NCBI RefSeq assembly: GCF_009914755.1
Contig: NC_060927.1
Reading direction: 5' to 3' (one strand)
Length of the DNA stretch: 64,000 nt
Source: the human T2T-CHM13v2.0 reference genome, Homo sapiens
Made by a program: the position numbers and the translations under genes. The notes beneath the pieces are model-generated. The model did no database searches. It worked only from the letters and a program-made list of their open reading frames with translations, and was not told where the DNA came from. Numbering within the stretch: position 1 is the stretch's first letter; each line of letters opens with the position of its first letter. Of the stretch, positions 27,580 to 40,100 are shown piece by piece.

Positions 27580-28086
27580 ATGGGACAAGTGCAGGCTCTG
27601 GTTCATTCCACCTTGGAACCTTTTCACACTGTTGATGAGGAGGAAGGACAGTATAATGAAGTAATATAGCAAGTTTGTTTACCAGCTAAAGCTAAAGCAG
27701 CAAAGGAGGAAGAGGTTTGTCCCTACCCTTCTGCGTCCCCTCATTATTTTGAAGAAATAGAGTGGCCTGACCCTACAGATCTTTCTTTTTTGGAGGAAGC
27801 TGGGTGAAAAGTAGTTGCCCCAGTGACTGTTCGAGCAGCTCCTCAAGAGACTGCTCTCAGTTATATTCAGGCAGGAATCCAGCAAGCTAGAAGAGAGGGT
27901 GATATAGAGGCTTGGCAGTTCCCTGTTAGGATACACCCCCCAGATCAACAGGGAAATCTTATAGCTACATTTGAGCCTTTTCCTTTCAAATTACTCGAAG
28001 AATTTAAACAAGCTATTAATCAATATGGACCAGGTTCTCCTTTTGTAATGGGGCTGTTAAAGAATGTTGCTGTCTCCGGTCAGATG
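27580..28086 (+). pseudogene. gag: HML-3 gag remnant (MA mostly deleted; CA truncated; NC absent)
   Basis: ATG GGA CAA start (MGQVQALVHSTLEPFHT...), stop codons, then betaretroviral CA N-terminus 'AWQFPV...FEPFPFKLLEEFKQAINQYGPGSPFVMGLL'. Confidence 0.85.
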
Positions 28087-28815
28087 TTGCCAGCAGAGAT
28101 GGTAGGATTACTTGTAGGTAGGTCTAGTTTAAATGTAAAAGGACAACAAGTACAAACAGGAGTCATTGATTCAGATTACAATGGGGAAATTCCAATTGTT
28201 ATGTCTACTTCTGTTCCCTGGAAAGCAGAGCCAGGAGAGCATATAGCACAGCTCCTGATTGTGCCATATGTGGAAATGGGGAAAAATGAAATTAAATGAA
28301 CAGGAGGATTTGGAAGCACAAATAAACAAGGCAAAGCAGCTTACTGGGCAAATCAAATTACTGATAAATAACCTACCTGTGAAATAACTATTCAGGGAAA
28401 GAAGTATAAAGGTTTGGTATATACAGGAGCAGACATTTCAATAATTTCTCTGCAGCACTGGCTGTCAGCGTGGCCAATTCAACCCACTAAATTTAACATA
28501 GTTGGAGTTGGTAAAGCCCCTGAAGTATATCAAAGTAGTTATATTTTGCATTGTGAAGGGCCCAATGGACAGCCTGGGACTATTCAACCAATTATAACTT
28601 CTGTACCTATAAATTTATGGGGAAGAGATTTATTACAGCAATGGGGAGCACAGGTTCTAATTCCAGAACAATTATATAGCCCTCAAAGTCAACATATGAT
28701 GCATGAAATGGGGCATGTCCCTGGTATGGGACTAGGAAAAAATTTGCAAGGTTTGAAAGAACCGCTTAAAGCAGAAAGACAAAGTTCTTGCCAAGGTTTA
28801 GGATATCATTTTTTA
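28087..28815 (+). pseudogene. pro: HML-3 pro remnant: dUTPase, protease, G-patch
   Basis: dUTPase motifs GRSS, GVIDSDYNGEI and (R>stop)TGGFGST. Protease LVYTGAD (catalytic D>Y) and NLWGRDLL. G-patch MGHVPGMGLGKNLQG. Confidence 0.9.
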
Positions 28816-31330
28816 TGGTGGCCATTGTTAAGCCTCCAGAACCTATACCTTTAAAATGGTTAACAGATAAACCAATTTGGATAGAACAATGGCTGCTAGG
28901 CAAAGAGAAACTGGAGGCTTTAGAGGACTTACTTATTAAACAATTAGAAAAAGGACATATAGCGCCAACATTTTCCCCTTGGAATTCTCCAGTTTTTGTA
29001 ATTAAGAAAAAATCAGGTAAATGGAGAATGTTGACATATCTTAGAGCCATTAATTCAGTTATACAACCTATGGGAGCATTGTAGCCAGGACTGCCTTCTC
29101 CTGCTTTGATTCCAAAAAATTGGCCTTTAATCATCATAGATTTAAAAGACTGTTTCTTTACTATCCCTTTAGCTGAGCAAGACTGTGAATGGTTTGCACT
29201 TACAATTCCTGCAGTAAACAACCTTCAGCCTGCTAAGCATTTTCACTGCAAAGTGTTGCTACAAGGCATGCTAAACAGTCCAACAATTTGCCAGACTTAC
29301 GTAGGGCAAGCAATTGAACCTACTCATAAAAAGTTATCACAGTGTTACATTATTCATTATATGGATGGTATACTTTGTGCTGCTCCCACTTGAGAAATAT
29401 TACTCAAATGTTATGATCACTTGCAAAATTTGATTTCTCGTGTTGGTTTAATTATAGCTCCTGACAAAAGTCAGACTACTACTCCTTACTCCTACTTGGG
29501 GACTTCAGTAAATGACACTACTATTGTGCCACAGAAAGTAACCATATGTAGGGATCAATTGAAAACATCAAATGACTTTCAAAAATTACTAGGGGACATT
29601 AATTGGATATGATCTGCTCTAGGCATTCCTACCTATGCCATGAGTAATCTATTTTCTATCCTTAGAGGAGATTCTAATCTCACTAGCCCTCAACAATTAA
29701 CAAAGGAGGCTGAGACAGAGTTACAGCTGATTGAGAAGCAAGTGCATAAGACTCAAATAAATAGAACAGAACCAGAGAAGACTCTAGATTTGCTAATTTT
29801 TCCAACTCAGCATTAACCTACTGGTGTTATTGTCTAAGAGCAGGACTTAGTAGAATGGCTTTTTCTTCCACATACTAATTCATGGACTCTAACTCCTTAT
29901 TTAGATCAAATCGCTACTATGATAGGAAATGGGAGAACTTGGATTGTTAATTTACGTGGATATGATCCTGGAAAAATTGTCGTCCCTCTCACGAAGGCAC
30001 AAATACAGCAAGCCTTTATAAATAGTCTTACTTGGCAAACCCATTTAGCTGATTTCACGGGTGTTCTTGAAAATCACTTTCCGAAAACAAAATTATTTCA
30101 ATTTTTGAAATTAACTAATTGGATTCTCCCTAAAATTAAATTTAAACCAATTGAAGGTGCTGAAAATGTTTTTACAGATGGGTCTAGTAATGGTAAATCT
30201 TCTTATTCTGGCTTGAAAGGTAAGGTTTTTCAGACTCCCTATACTTCAGCTCAAAAAGCCGAGCTTGTAGCTGTAATTGAGGTATTGACTGCTTTTATTA
30301 TGCCTATTAATGTGATTTCTGATTCTTCATATGTGGTTCATTCCACACAATTAATTGAAAATGCTCAGTTATGATTTGATACAGATGAACAACTGATGAC
30401 TTTATTTACCCAATTGCAAACAGCAGTTAGGACTAGAATGCACTCTTTTTAATATCACTCACATTAGGGCTCATACACCTCTTCCAGGACCTTTAACTGA
30501 AGGGAATCAAATGGCTGATCACCTAGTTGCTACTGCAATATCTAATGCCAGACACTTTCACAATTTAACCCATATTAATGCCTCTGGTCTCAAACGCAGA
30601 TACAGCATTACCTGGAAAGAAGCTAAAGCTATTATCCAGCGATGCCCAACTTGCCAAATGGTGCATTCCTTATCTTTTACAGGAGGAGTTAATCCTCGAG
30701 GACTGGAACCTAATTCTCTTTGGCAAATGGATGTCACACATGTTCCCTCGTTTGGGAGACTAGCTTATGTACATGTATGTGTGGACACCTTTTCTCATTT
30801 TGTCTGGGCTACATGCCAATCAGGAGAGTCTTCTGTCTGTGTTAAGTGTCACCTTTTGCAGTGATGGGCATTCCAGCTTCTATTAAACAGATAATGCCCC
30901 AGGCTACACTAGCCAAGCTCTAGGTACATTTTTCTCTATATGGAATATTAAACACATTACTGGCATCCCATATAATTCTCAAGGACAAGCCACAGTAGAA
31001 AGAATGAATCTCTCCCTAAAATGACAATTGCAAAAGCAGAAAGGGGGAAACTAGGACCATGGGACACCACATATACAATTGAATCTAACATTATTAACTC
31101 TAAGTTTTTTTAGCCTGCCTAAAGGCCAGATGCTATCAGCAGCTGAACAGCATCTACAGAAACCAGCTACAAAAACAGAAGCAGAACAACTGGTTTGGTG
31201 GAGAGATCCAACAACAAAAAGTTGGGAAATAGGTAAAATAATAACTAAGGGTAGAGGTTATGCTTGTGTTTCTCCAGGCCAGAACCAGCAGTCGATTTGG
31301 ATACCATCAAGACACCTGAAAACTTTATCA
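28800..31330 (+). pseudogene. pol: HML-3 pol remnant: RT, RNase H, integrase (multiple stops and frameshifts)
   Basis: [20 protein letters not shown]; IIDLKDCFF; [12 protein letters not shown]; HYMDGIL (YMDD>YMDG); FTDGSSNG; HHCC zinc finger (HNLTH...CPTC); WQMDVTH; WIPSRHLK. Confidence 0.93.
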
Positions 31331-32366
31331 TGAGCCAGATACCCAGGAAGAGGTTTCGGGAGGATCCCAAAGACCCACCGGTGGCAGCATTGTCCAAATT
31401 GACACTGAGGAGGACCCCAACTGTCATGAGCAACACCCGTCGAATGCAGCCACCTACCTGGGGACAGATCAAGAAGCTGTCACAGATGGCGGAAGAAAAC
31501 CTGAGAAAAGCGGGACAACCAGTCACAATGAGTAATTTAATGATAGCTATGATAGCAGTGATCACCATTGCTGTGAGTATTCCTTTAGCAAGGGCTGACA
31601 CAGAAAACAATTATACTTATTGGGCATATTTGTCAATGTTGGCTGGCAATAATGCCTGGATGTAATCACTGTATGGTACAGTTACACATGCTTTCTGATC
31701 TCAGTATTTACCATAATAAATCTGCTCCTTTAATTGAGGCATATCACCCTCAAAAACCTATTTGTAAACAGAATTGGACCTGGCCAGAAATAATGAACAT
31801 ACTTGTTTGGGAAGATTGCATTGCAGAACAGGCAGAGGGGCTGTGCAACGATTCCTATGGAATCATTATTGATTGGTCCCCTAAGGGGATGTTTAGCTTG
31901 AATTGCACCTCTCAGTCTGTGTGCCATGGCCACGCTATGTTCAGCTGGTCTAAACAAAATGGTCATATGGTAGAAATAGTAAGAAATATGGCAAGAGTTC
32001 CTATTATTTGGAAACCTGATGGTATAGTGGCACCTCAATCTCAAATGATATGGACCACTGTAGGAGTTAAACTAAAGATTTGTGGCAACTATTAATGGCT
32101 CTTAAATAAGATCAAAATCTGGGAAAGAATAAAAAAGCATCTAGAAGGACACTCTACAAACTTGTCTTTGGATATTGCAAAATTAAAAGAACAAATGTTC
32201 AAAGCATCCCAGGCACACATGACCTTAATGCCAGGAACTGGAGTGCTTGAAGGAGCTGCAGACAGATTAGTAGCTATTAACCCATTAAAATGGATAAAGA
32301 CACTTGGAGGCTCTGTGATTTCAATGATGATTGTGCTTTTAGTCTGTGTTGTTTGTCTTTGTATAG
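31330..32366 (+). pseudogene. env: HML-3 env remnant with internal deletions, truncated at the TM anchor; no 3' LTR
   Basis: Signal peptide PPTWGQIKKL...MIAVITIAVS, NYTYWAY, SU fragment GIIIDWSPKG, TM fragment LSLDIAKLKEQMFKASQAH...INPLKWIKTLGGS...VCVVCLCI, followed by unrelated DNA. Confidence 0.88.
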
Positions 32367-32620
32367 GAAAAAATAGTTATGATAGTGGCATTGTTTTCCA
32401 TTATTACTCTTTTTAATGTCTTTATGGAAGATAGCTGGATTCTCACATTTAGTCTGTTGTGATATCGTGTGTCATGTAGCTCCTGGAAAATTCAACTGTA
32501 TACTCATGGGTGAATTAGATTTTTTTAAAAAGTCAGAAAGAATCATTATATTATGTGCACTTCCTGAATGTGTCTCAGAGACCCATAAGCATTGCAAGAT
32601 CACACTTTGAGATCTGCTGC
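32367..32620 (+). mobile_element. hAT/Charlie-type DNA transposon end fragment
   Basis: Ends 'gatcacactttgagatctgctg', resembling Charlie/MER terminal sequence (ccacactttgagaaccactg). Confidence 0.45.
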
Positions 32621-33829
32621 TCTTATCTACCTCAATCTTAAATTGCTAGATTTTAGAATTTTTTTTATGACCATGCCAGAATTTGAACTCAAATCTGCCA
32701 CGTTGAAGATACCACACTCACTCCTTCTCTCAAAACATGCTGGTATCTGGAAACCTCATAGATAATAGTGATAACAGGAAACTAGGGAGAAAGCAGCAAC
32801 AGACAATAAAAGATCACAGAAAACAGAGCAATGCATGGGATATGAGGAAGAGGCTGACTGCTATGTTACCTAGAAAAGATGACAGATTTCTCAAACTAAA
32901 TACCTGAGGCATATTCTATTCAAAGTCCAAAATTTGCTGAATGACCTCAACCTCCCATTTTTTAATATTAATTGCTAATGTCTTGTCTTATTCACTGGAC
33001 AACAGAGGGAAAGGTGTATGAGCAAGGGCCAGCCCTACAGTGACTGCTGTTATCTTCCCTGAATAGCTCACATATGTTTAGACTTTAGAGTGACTAATGC
33101 TTATTTTCTCAATGTAAGCACATTCTGCAACTGTAAGAATTTGACTTGTACTTTCTCAAATAAAAAATAGAATTAAGACATTGTACATCTAAAATAGAAT
33201 TGGCATTATGCATTTCTTTATATATATGTATTGTATATACACACAATTAGAAAGAAAATATTGAGAAAGAATTATTTTGATGATTATTCTAGTGATTGAT
33301 CAACTTCCACTTGCTCAAGGGGTAACTGTTCTGTTATTGTCATGACTAAATTACAATAACTCAAGTGATTCTTGGAGAGATGCTAATTTTTAAATATATG
33401 TCAGGGAAACCAGTATTATGGTTCTTGATAAAAATGGTGTAGAAAAAATAATACTCTGCAGTCACACATTCAAATTATATAGTTTAAAGTAGGAGACAAA
33501 CATGAGCTTTAAAGACAATAAGATCTTAGAAAGTTTATCTAATTCTTCAGTGGCTCAGTTTTTTCAACTGCAAAATGAGAAAGCTAATCAACAAGCTACA
33601 GTGTTACTATGAGAATAGGAGGGCATCTATCCCATAATACCATTTAATAATGTCTAGAATAGTTGCTGATTATTATTTAATAGAGAGGTAGTCAGCATCT
33701 ATTCCATGAGAGAAGCTGTGAGAGATGAGGAAACAAAAATTAAACTTAATTTAATTTAATAAAATAAAACTAAAATAAAACTAGCTATAGAAGTTAATTT
33801 TAAAATGACACATTTGCTAAATTGAAAAA

Positions 33830-34186
33830 ATCTTTCATTGTAATTATCATTGACCAGGAATGAATATTTTATTCAAGAATATTTTTAATATGCAAATGCG
33901 GGTCACCATAATGTTCTGAGCATGATATTATCTGAAGGTGGTCATGACACTTGGCACACCTGGTGATAAGGAGAAGGTGGGACTAGCCATACTGGCCATG
34001 CCAGATGGGCCTAGTTTTTAATTGCCTGCCTTTGCATATTAAAGGTTGCCAGCCTGGCTCTTTAAGCTGCCTTTCTGTTAGAAAAGAAATGACTCACAGG
34101 TTGTTTCTATTAAAAGAAAAGTTTCCACCTAGAATCTTTACCTTATCTAGCTGCCTAAAATTAATTCTTAATAACTCCTGTATTAT
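33830..34186 (-). mobile_element. ERV1 LTR (MER83/LTR38-like), partial
   Basis: Reverse complement begins ATAATACAGGAGTTATTAAGAATTAATTTTAGGCAGCTAGA. Confidence 0.5.
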
Positions 34187-34199
34187 CGCCATCATGGGC

Positions 34200-37100
34200 T
34201 ATACTGTTCTGAGGTCCTAGGTAAACTTGAAAGGCAGTCTAGGCAACAAGGACTGCAATTCTTGAGCAAGTCCTGGTGCTATGCTGGATTTGTAGCCTGT
34301 GGACTTGGGGTGCACATGACCCAGTGAAACACCAGCTGGGGTGGCCAAAGGAGTGTTTGAAACACTTCTCCCTCAACCCTAGGCAGTGCAGCTTGCAGCT
34401 CCAGGAGAGACTAGTTCCTTGCACTTGAGAGGAGAGGGGAAAGAAAAGAAGACTTTTCTTACAACTTGGATACCCGCTCAGCCACAGTAGAATAAAGCAC
34501 TAGGCAGAGTACTGAGGCATCCATTCCAGGCCCTAGCTCCACTCTGGGCCAGAAGGGAACCCACTGCCTTGAAGAGAAGGATCAGTCCTGACAGAATTCA
34601 TCACCACTGACTAAAAAGTTCTTAGGCCCTGAATAATCAGCAGTGGTAGTCAGGCAGTACTTGCAGTGGATCTTAGGTGAGACTCAGAACTGTGTTCTGG
34701 CTTCAGGTGTGACCCAGCACATTCCCAGCTGTGGTGACTACAGGGAGGAATGCTTTCTGCTTGAAAAAGCGTGAAAGAAGAGAAGGGGACTTTATCTTGC
34801 AGTTTAAGTACCAGCTAGGTTACAGTGTGGTAGAACACCAAGAGGGTTCCTGGGGTCCCTGATTCTAGGCTGTGGCTGCTGGATGACATTTCTGGACCTG
34901 CTCTGTGCCAGAGAGTAGCCCACTGACCTGAACAGAGAGTCTTGGGGCTGGAAGCATTCACCACAAGCTGAGACTCTTTTGCCTGTGGAAAGAATAGGGA
35001 AGAATGGGAAGGACTTTGCCTTGTAGCTTGGGTGCAAGCACAGTGACAGTAGATTAGGACACCTGTAGACAGTAGACTCCTAAAGCCCTGCCTCCCAGAC
35101 AGCATCTCTGGACCCACCTGGAGCCGAGGGTATCTCACTGCCATGAAAGGATAGACACAAGCCTGGCTGGATTTGCCACCTGCTGATTGTAGAGTCCTAG
35201 GGCCTTGAGCAAACATAGGTGGTAGCCAGGCATGTTTACCACAGGCTTTGGGTGAGAACCAGTGATTTGCTGGCTTTGGGTTTGACCCAGTGCAGTCTCT
35301 GTGGTGGTGACCACAGGGGTGCTTGTATCACCACTACCCTAGCTCCAGGAGGCTCAGCACAGATGGAGACTTTGTTTGTCTGGGAGAAAGTAAGGGAAGA
35401 GAACATGAGTCTCTTGCCTTAGAGAATTCTTCAGGATCTTATTCAAGACCACTGAGGTTGTATGTCTACAAGTCTGTAAGAGAAACAGTGTTAGAGGGTT
35501 TGGGGTGCTCTCTAATGCATGTATGGCTGCAGTGACCAAAACCTTATATCATAATACCCAAGTTCCTTCAAATACCTGGAAAGCCTCCCCAAGAGGGTTG
35601 GGTACTGATAAGTGCAAATTGTGAAGACTACCTAACTTTTCAATTGCTAGACACCACGAACATCCACAAGCATGAAGACCACAAGGAAAACATGACCTCA
35701 CCACATGAACTAAATAAGACATAGTGACTAATCCTGGAGAGTTGGAGATATGTGACTTTATAGACAAAGAATTAGAAATAGCTATATGTGGAAGCTAAAT
35801 TAAATGCATGATAGATAACACAGAGAAGAAATTCAGAATCTGAACAGATAAATTTAATGGACAGATTAAAATAATTAAATAGAGTCAAGCAGAAAATGTG
35901 TAGCTGAAAGATGCAATTGAAATATCAAAAAATGCATTAGAGTCTCAACAGCAGAACTGATCAAACAAATGAAAAAATTAGTGAGCTGGAAGATAGCCTA
36001 TTGGAAAAACCACAGTCAGATAAGACAAACAACAACAACAACAAACAATAAAAAGAATAAAGCAGTCCAGCCAGAGCAATCAGAGAAGAGAAAGAAATAA
36101 AGGGCATCTAAATCAGTAAAGAGAAAGTCAAACTGTCACTGTTCACCAATGATATGATTATACACCTAGTAAACTGTAAAGACTCATTCAGAAAACTTCT
36201 AGAACTGATAAATGAATTCAGTAAAGTTTCAGGATACAAAATCAATGTACACAAATCAGTAGCACTGCTATACACCAACAGTGAAACAGCTGCAGAAAAA
36301 GTAAAATGTTTAGGAATATATCTAACCAAGGAGGTGAAAGGCCTCTACAAGAAAAACTACAAAACACTGCTGCAAGAAATTATAGACGACACAAATGGAA
36401 ACACATCCCATGGTCATGGAATATGGAATCAATATTGTGAAAATGACCAGACTGAAAAAAGCAATCTACAAATTCAATGCAATTCCCATCAAAATACCAC
36501 CATCACTCTTCACACAACAAGAAGAAGCAATCCTAAAATTCATATGGAACCAAAAAAGAGCCCATGTAGCCAAAGCAAGACTAAGCAAAAAGAACAAATC
36601 TAGAGACCTCACATTACCTGACTTCAAACTATACTATAATACTATAGTCACCAAAACAGCATGGTACTGGTATAAAAATAGGCACATAGACTAATGGAAC
36701 ACAATAGAGAATGGAGAAATAAAGCCAAATACTTACAGTCAACTGATCTTCATCAAAGCAAACAAAAACATAAAGTGAGGAAAGGACACCCTATTTAACA
36801 AATGGTGCTGGGATAATTGGCAAGACACATGGAGAAGAATGAAATTGGATCCTTGTTTTCCATCTTACACAAAAATCAACTAAAGATGGATCAAATACTT
36901 CGATCTAAGACTTGAAACAATACAAATTCTAGAAGATAACATTAGAAAAATCCTTCTAGACAAATTGACTTAGGCAAAGGCTTTATGACCAAGAACCCAA
37001 AAGCAAATGCAACAAAAATAAAGATAAATAGATGGAACTTAATTAAACTAAAAAGCTTCTGGACAGCAAAAGAAATAATCAGCAGAGTAAAGAGACAACC

Positions 37101-40100
37101 CATAGAGTGGGAGAAAATCTTTGTAATCTACATATCTGACAAAGGACTAATATCCAGAATATACAAGGAACTCAAACAAATCAGCAAGAAAAAAGCAATC
37201 TCATCAGAAAGTGGGCTTTGTTAAGGACATGGTTAGACAATTCTCAAAAAAAAAAGATATAAAAATGGCCAAAAAACATATAAAAAATGCTCAGCCTCAC
37301 TAATTATCAGGGAAATGCAAATAAAAACAACAATGCAATGCCATCTTACTCCTATAAGAATGGCCATAATCAAAAAGTCAAAAAATAATAGATGTTGGCA
37401 TGAATGTGATGAAAAGGGAACACTTTTACAGTGTTGGTGGAAATGTAAACCAGTACAACCACTATGGAAAACAGTGTGGGGATTCCTTAAAGAACTAAAA
37501 GTCTATTTACTGTTTTATCCAGCAATCCCATTACTAGGTATCTACCCAGAGGAAAAAGAAGTCATTATACGAAATAGATACTTGCACACGCATCTTTATG
37601 GCAGCACAATTTGCCATTGCAAAAACATGGTATCAGCCCAAATGCCCATCAATCAATGAGTGGATAAAGACAAAATGTATATATATATTTATATATATAT
37701 ACTATTCAGCCATAAAAGGAATAAAATAATAGCATTGGCAGCAACCTAAATCAAATTGGAGACCATTATTCTAAGTGAAGTAACTCAGGAATGGAAACTG
37801 AAACATTGTACGTTCTCACACATAAGCGGGAGCTAAGCTATGAGGATGCAAAGTCATGAGAATAATACAATGGACTTTGGGAACTCAGAGGGAAGGGTGG
37901 GAGTGGGCTGATGGATAAGACTACATTTTGGGTACCATGTACACTGCTTGAGTGATGGGTGCCCCAAAATGTCAGAAATCACCACTGAAGAACTTATCCA
38001 TGTAACAAATCTGGATAAGGATCTGGGGAACAAACGGCACCTGTTCCCCCCCAAATCTGTTGAAATAAAAAAAAAGATCATTGGGAAAAAACAAGGATAA
38101 AGCACACTTAAGAATCTCTAGAAAACCGTTCCAATCATGCAAATCTATGTTATTGGTCTTAAACAGGAGGGAGAGACATAGGGAAAGAAAATTTATTCAA
38201 AGGTTTAATAACAGAAAAAGTTCCAAACCTAGAGAAAGACATCAACATTCAATATAAGAAGATTGTAGAAAAACAAGCAATTTTAACCCAAAGTAGGCTA
38301 CCTGAAAACAGAATAATCAAACTCTCAAATGTCAAGGATAAATAAATAATTTTAAAAGCAGCAAGAGAAAAGAAACAAATAATGCACAATGGAGCTCCAA
38401 TATGTCTGGCAGCAGAACTCTCAGTGGAAACCTTACAGGCCAGGAGAGAGTGGCATGACATATAAGGGGCTGAAAGAGAAAAACTTATCCTAGAATCATA
38501 TATCCGGTGAAAATATCCTCCAAACATGAAGGAGTTATAAAGACTTTTCCAGACAAACAAAAGCTGAGGGATTTCATCAATACCAGACCTGTTCTACAAG
38601 AAATGCTAAAGGGAGTTCTTCAATCTGATTGAAAAAGATGTTAACAAACAACAGCAAATCATCTGAATGTTCAAAACTCACTAGTAGTGGTATATAAACA
38701 AAAATCCACAGAATATTACAACACTGTAATGATAGTGTGTAAACTATGCATATCTTGAGTAGAAAGACTAAAAAATAAACCTATCAAAAATAATAACTAC
38801 AACAACTTTTCAAGACATGGGCAGTACAATAAGATATAATACAAACAGCTAAATGTTACAAAGCATAGAGATGAAGTCAAAATCTAGAGTTTTTATCAGT
38901 GGTTTTTTTTTTTTTTTGGCCTATTAGTTTGTGTGTTTCTTTATGTAATCATTGTTAAGTTGTCATCAATTTAAAACAATGGGTTATATTATTTGCAAAC
39001 CTCATAGTAACCTCAAATCAAAATGCATTCAACAGACCCACAAAAAATAAGAAGCAAGAAATTAAAACATACCATCAGAGACATTACCTTCACTAAAAGA
39101 TAGATAGGATGGAAGAAATGAAGGAAAACAAGACCAAAAAACAACCAGAAAACAAATAACAAAATGGCAGGTGTAAGTTATTGCTTATCAATAATAACAT
39201 TGAATGTAAATGAAGTAAACTGACCAATCAAAATACAGAATGGCTGAATGCATTAAAAAAAAAACAAAAAAAGATGATCCCAATGATCTGTTGCCTACAA
39301 GAAACATACTTAACCTATAAAGAAACACATAGACTGACAATAAAAGGATGGAAAAGATATTCCATGCTAATGGAAACCCAAAAAGAGCAGGAGTAGTTAC
39401 ACTTATATCAAACAAAATAGATTTCAAAAGAAAAGCTACATAAAGAGACAAAGAAGGTCACTATATAAAGATAAAAGGGTCAATTCAGCAAGAGGATATA
39501 ACAATTGTAAATATATATGCACTCAACACTGGAGCACCTAGATAAAAAGGAAATATTATTAGAGCTAAAGAGCGAGATAAGCCCCAATAGTAGCTGGAGA
39601 CATCAGCACCCCACTTTTGTCATTGGACATTATCATCCAGACAGAAAATTAACAAAGAAACATTGGACTTGATCTGCACTATAGATCAAATGGACCTAAT
39701 AGACATTTAGAGAACATTTCATGCAATGCTGCAGAATACACACTCTTCTCCTCAGCACATAGATCATTATTAAAAATAGACCATTTGTTAGCTCATGAAA
39801 CAATTGTTAAAAATTCAAAACAACTGAAATTATATTATGTATTTTCTCTAACCACAATGGAATAAAACTAGAAATCAATAACAGAGGAATTTTGGAAACT
39901 ATACAAGCACACAGAAATTAGATAATATGCTTCTAAATTACCAGTGAGTCAATGAGGATATTAAGAAGGAAATTGAAAATTTTTTTGAAACAAATGAAAA
40001 TGGAAACATAGCATACCAAATCTTAAGGAATATGGTGAAAGTAGTACTAAGAAAAAGGTTATATTTATAAGTGTCTATATAAAAAATGTAGAAAAACTTC

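Noticed and set aside
28788-31333. Functional retroviral pol
   Set aside because: Split into many fragments by stops and frameshifts; YMDD is changed to YMDG and the protease DTG to YTG.
34200-35700. GC-richer block with repeated units and several ORFs, as a possible promoter or gene
   Set aside because: It has the organisation of an old L1 5' UTR leading into ORF1, and is CpG-depleted.
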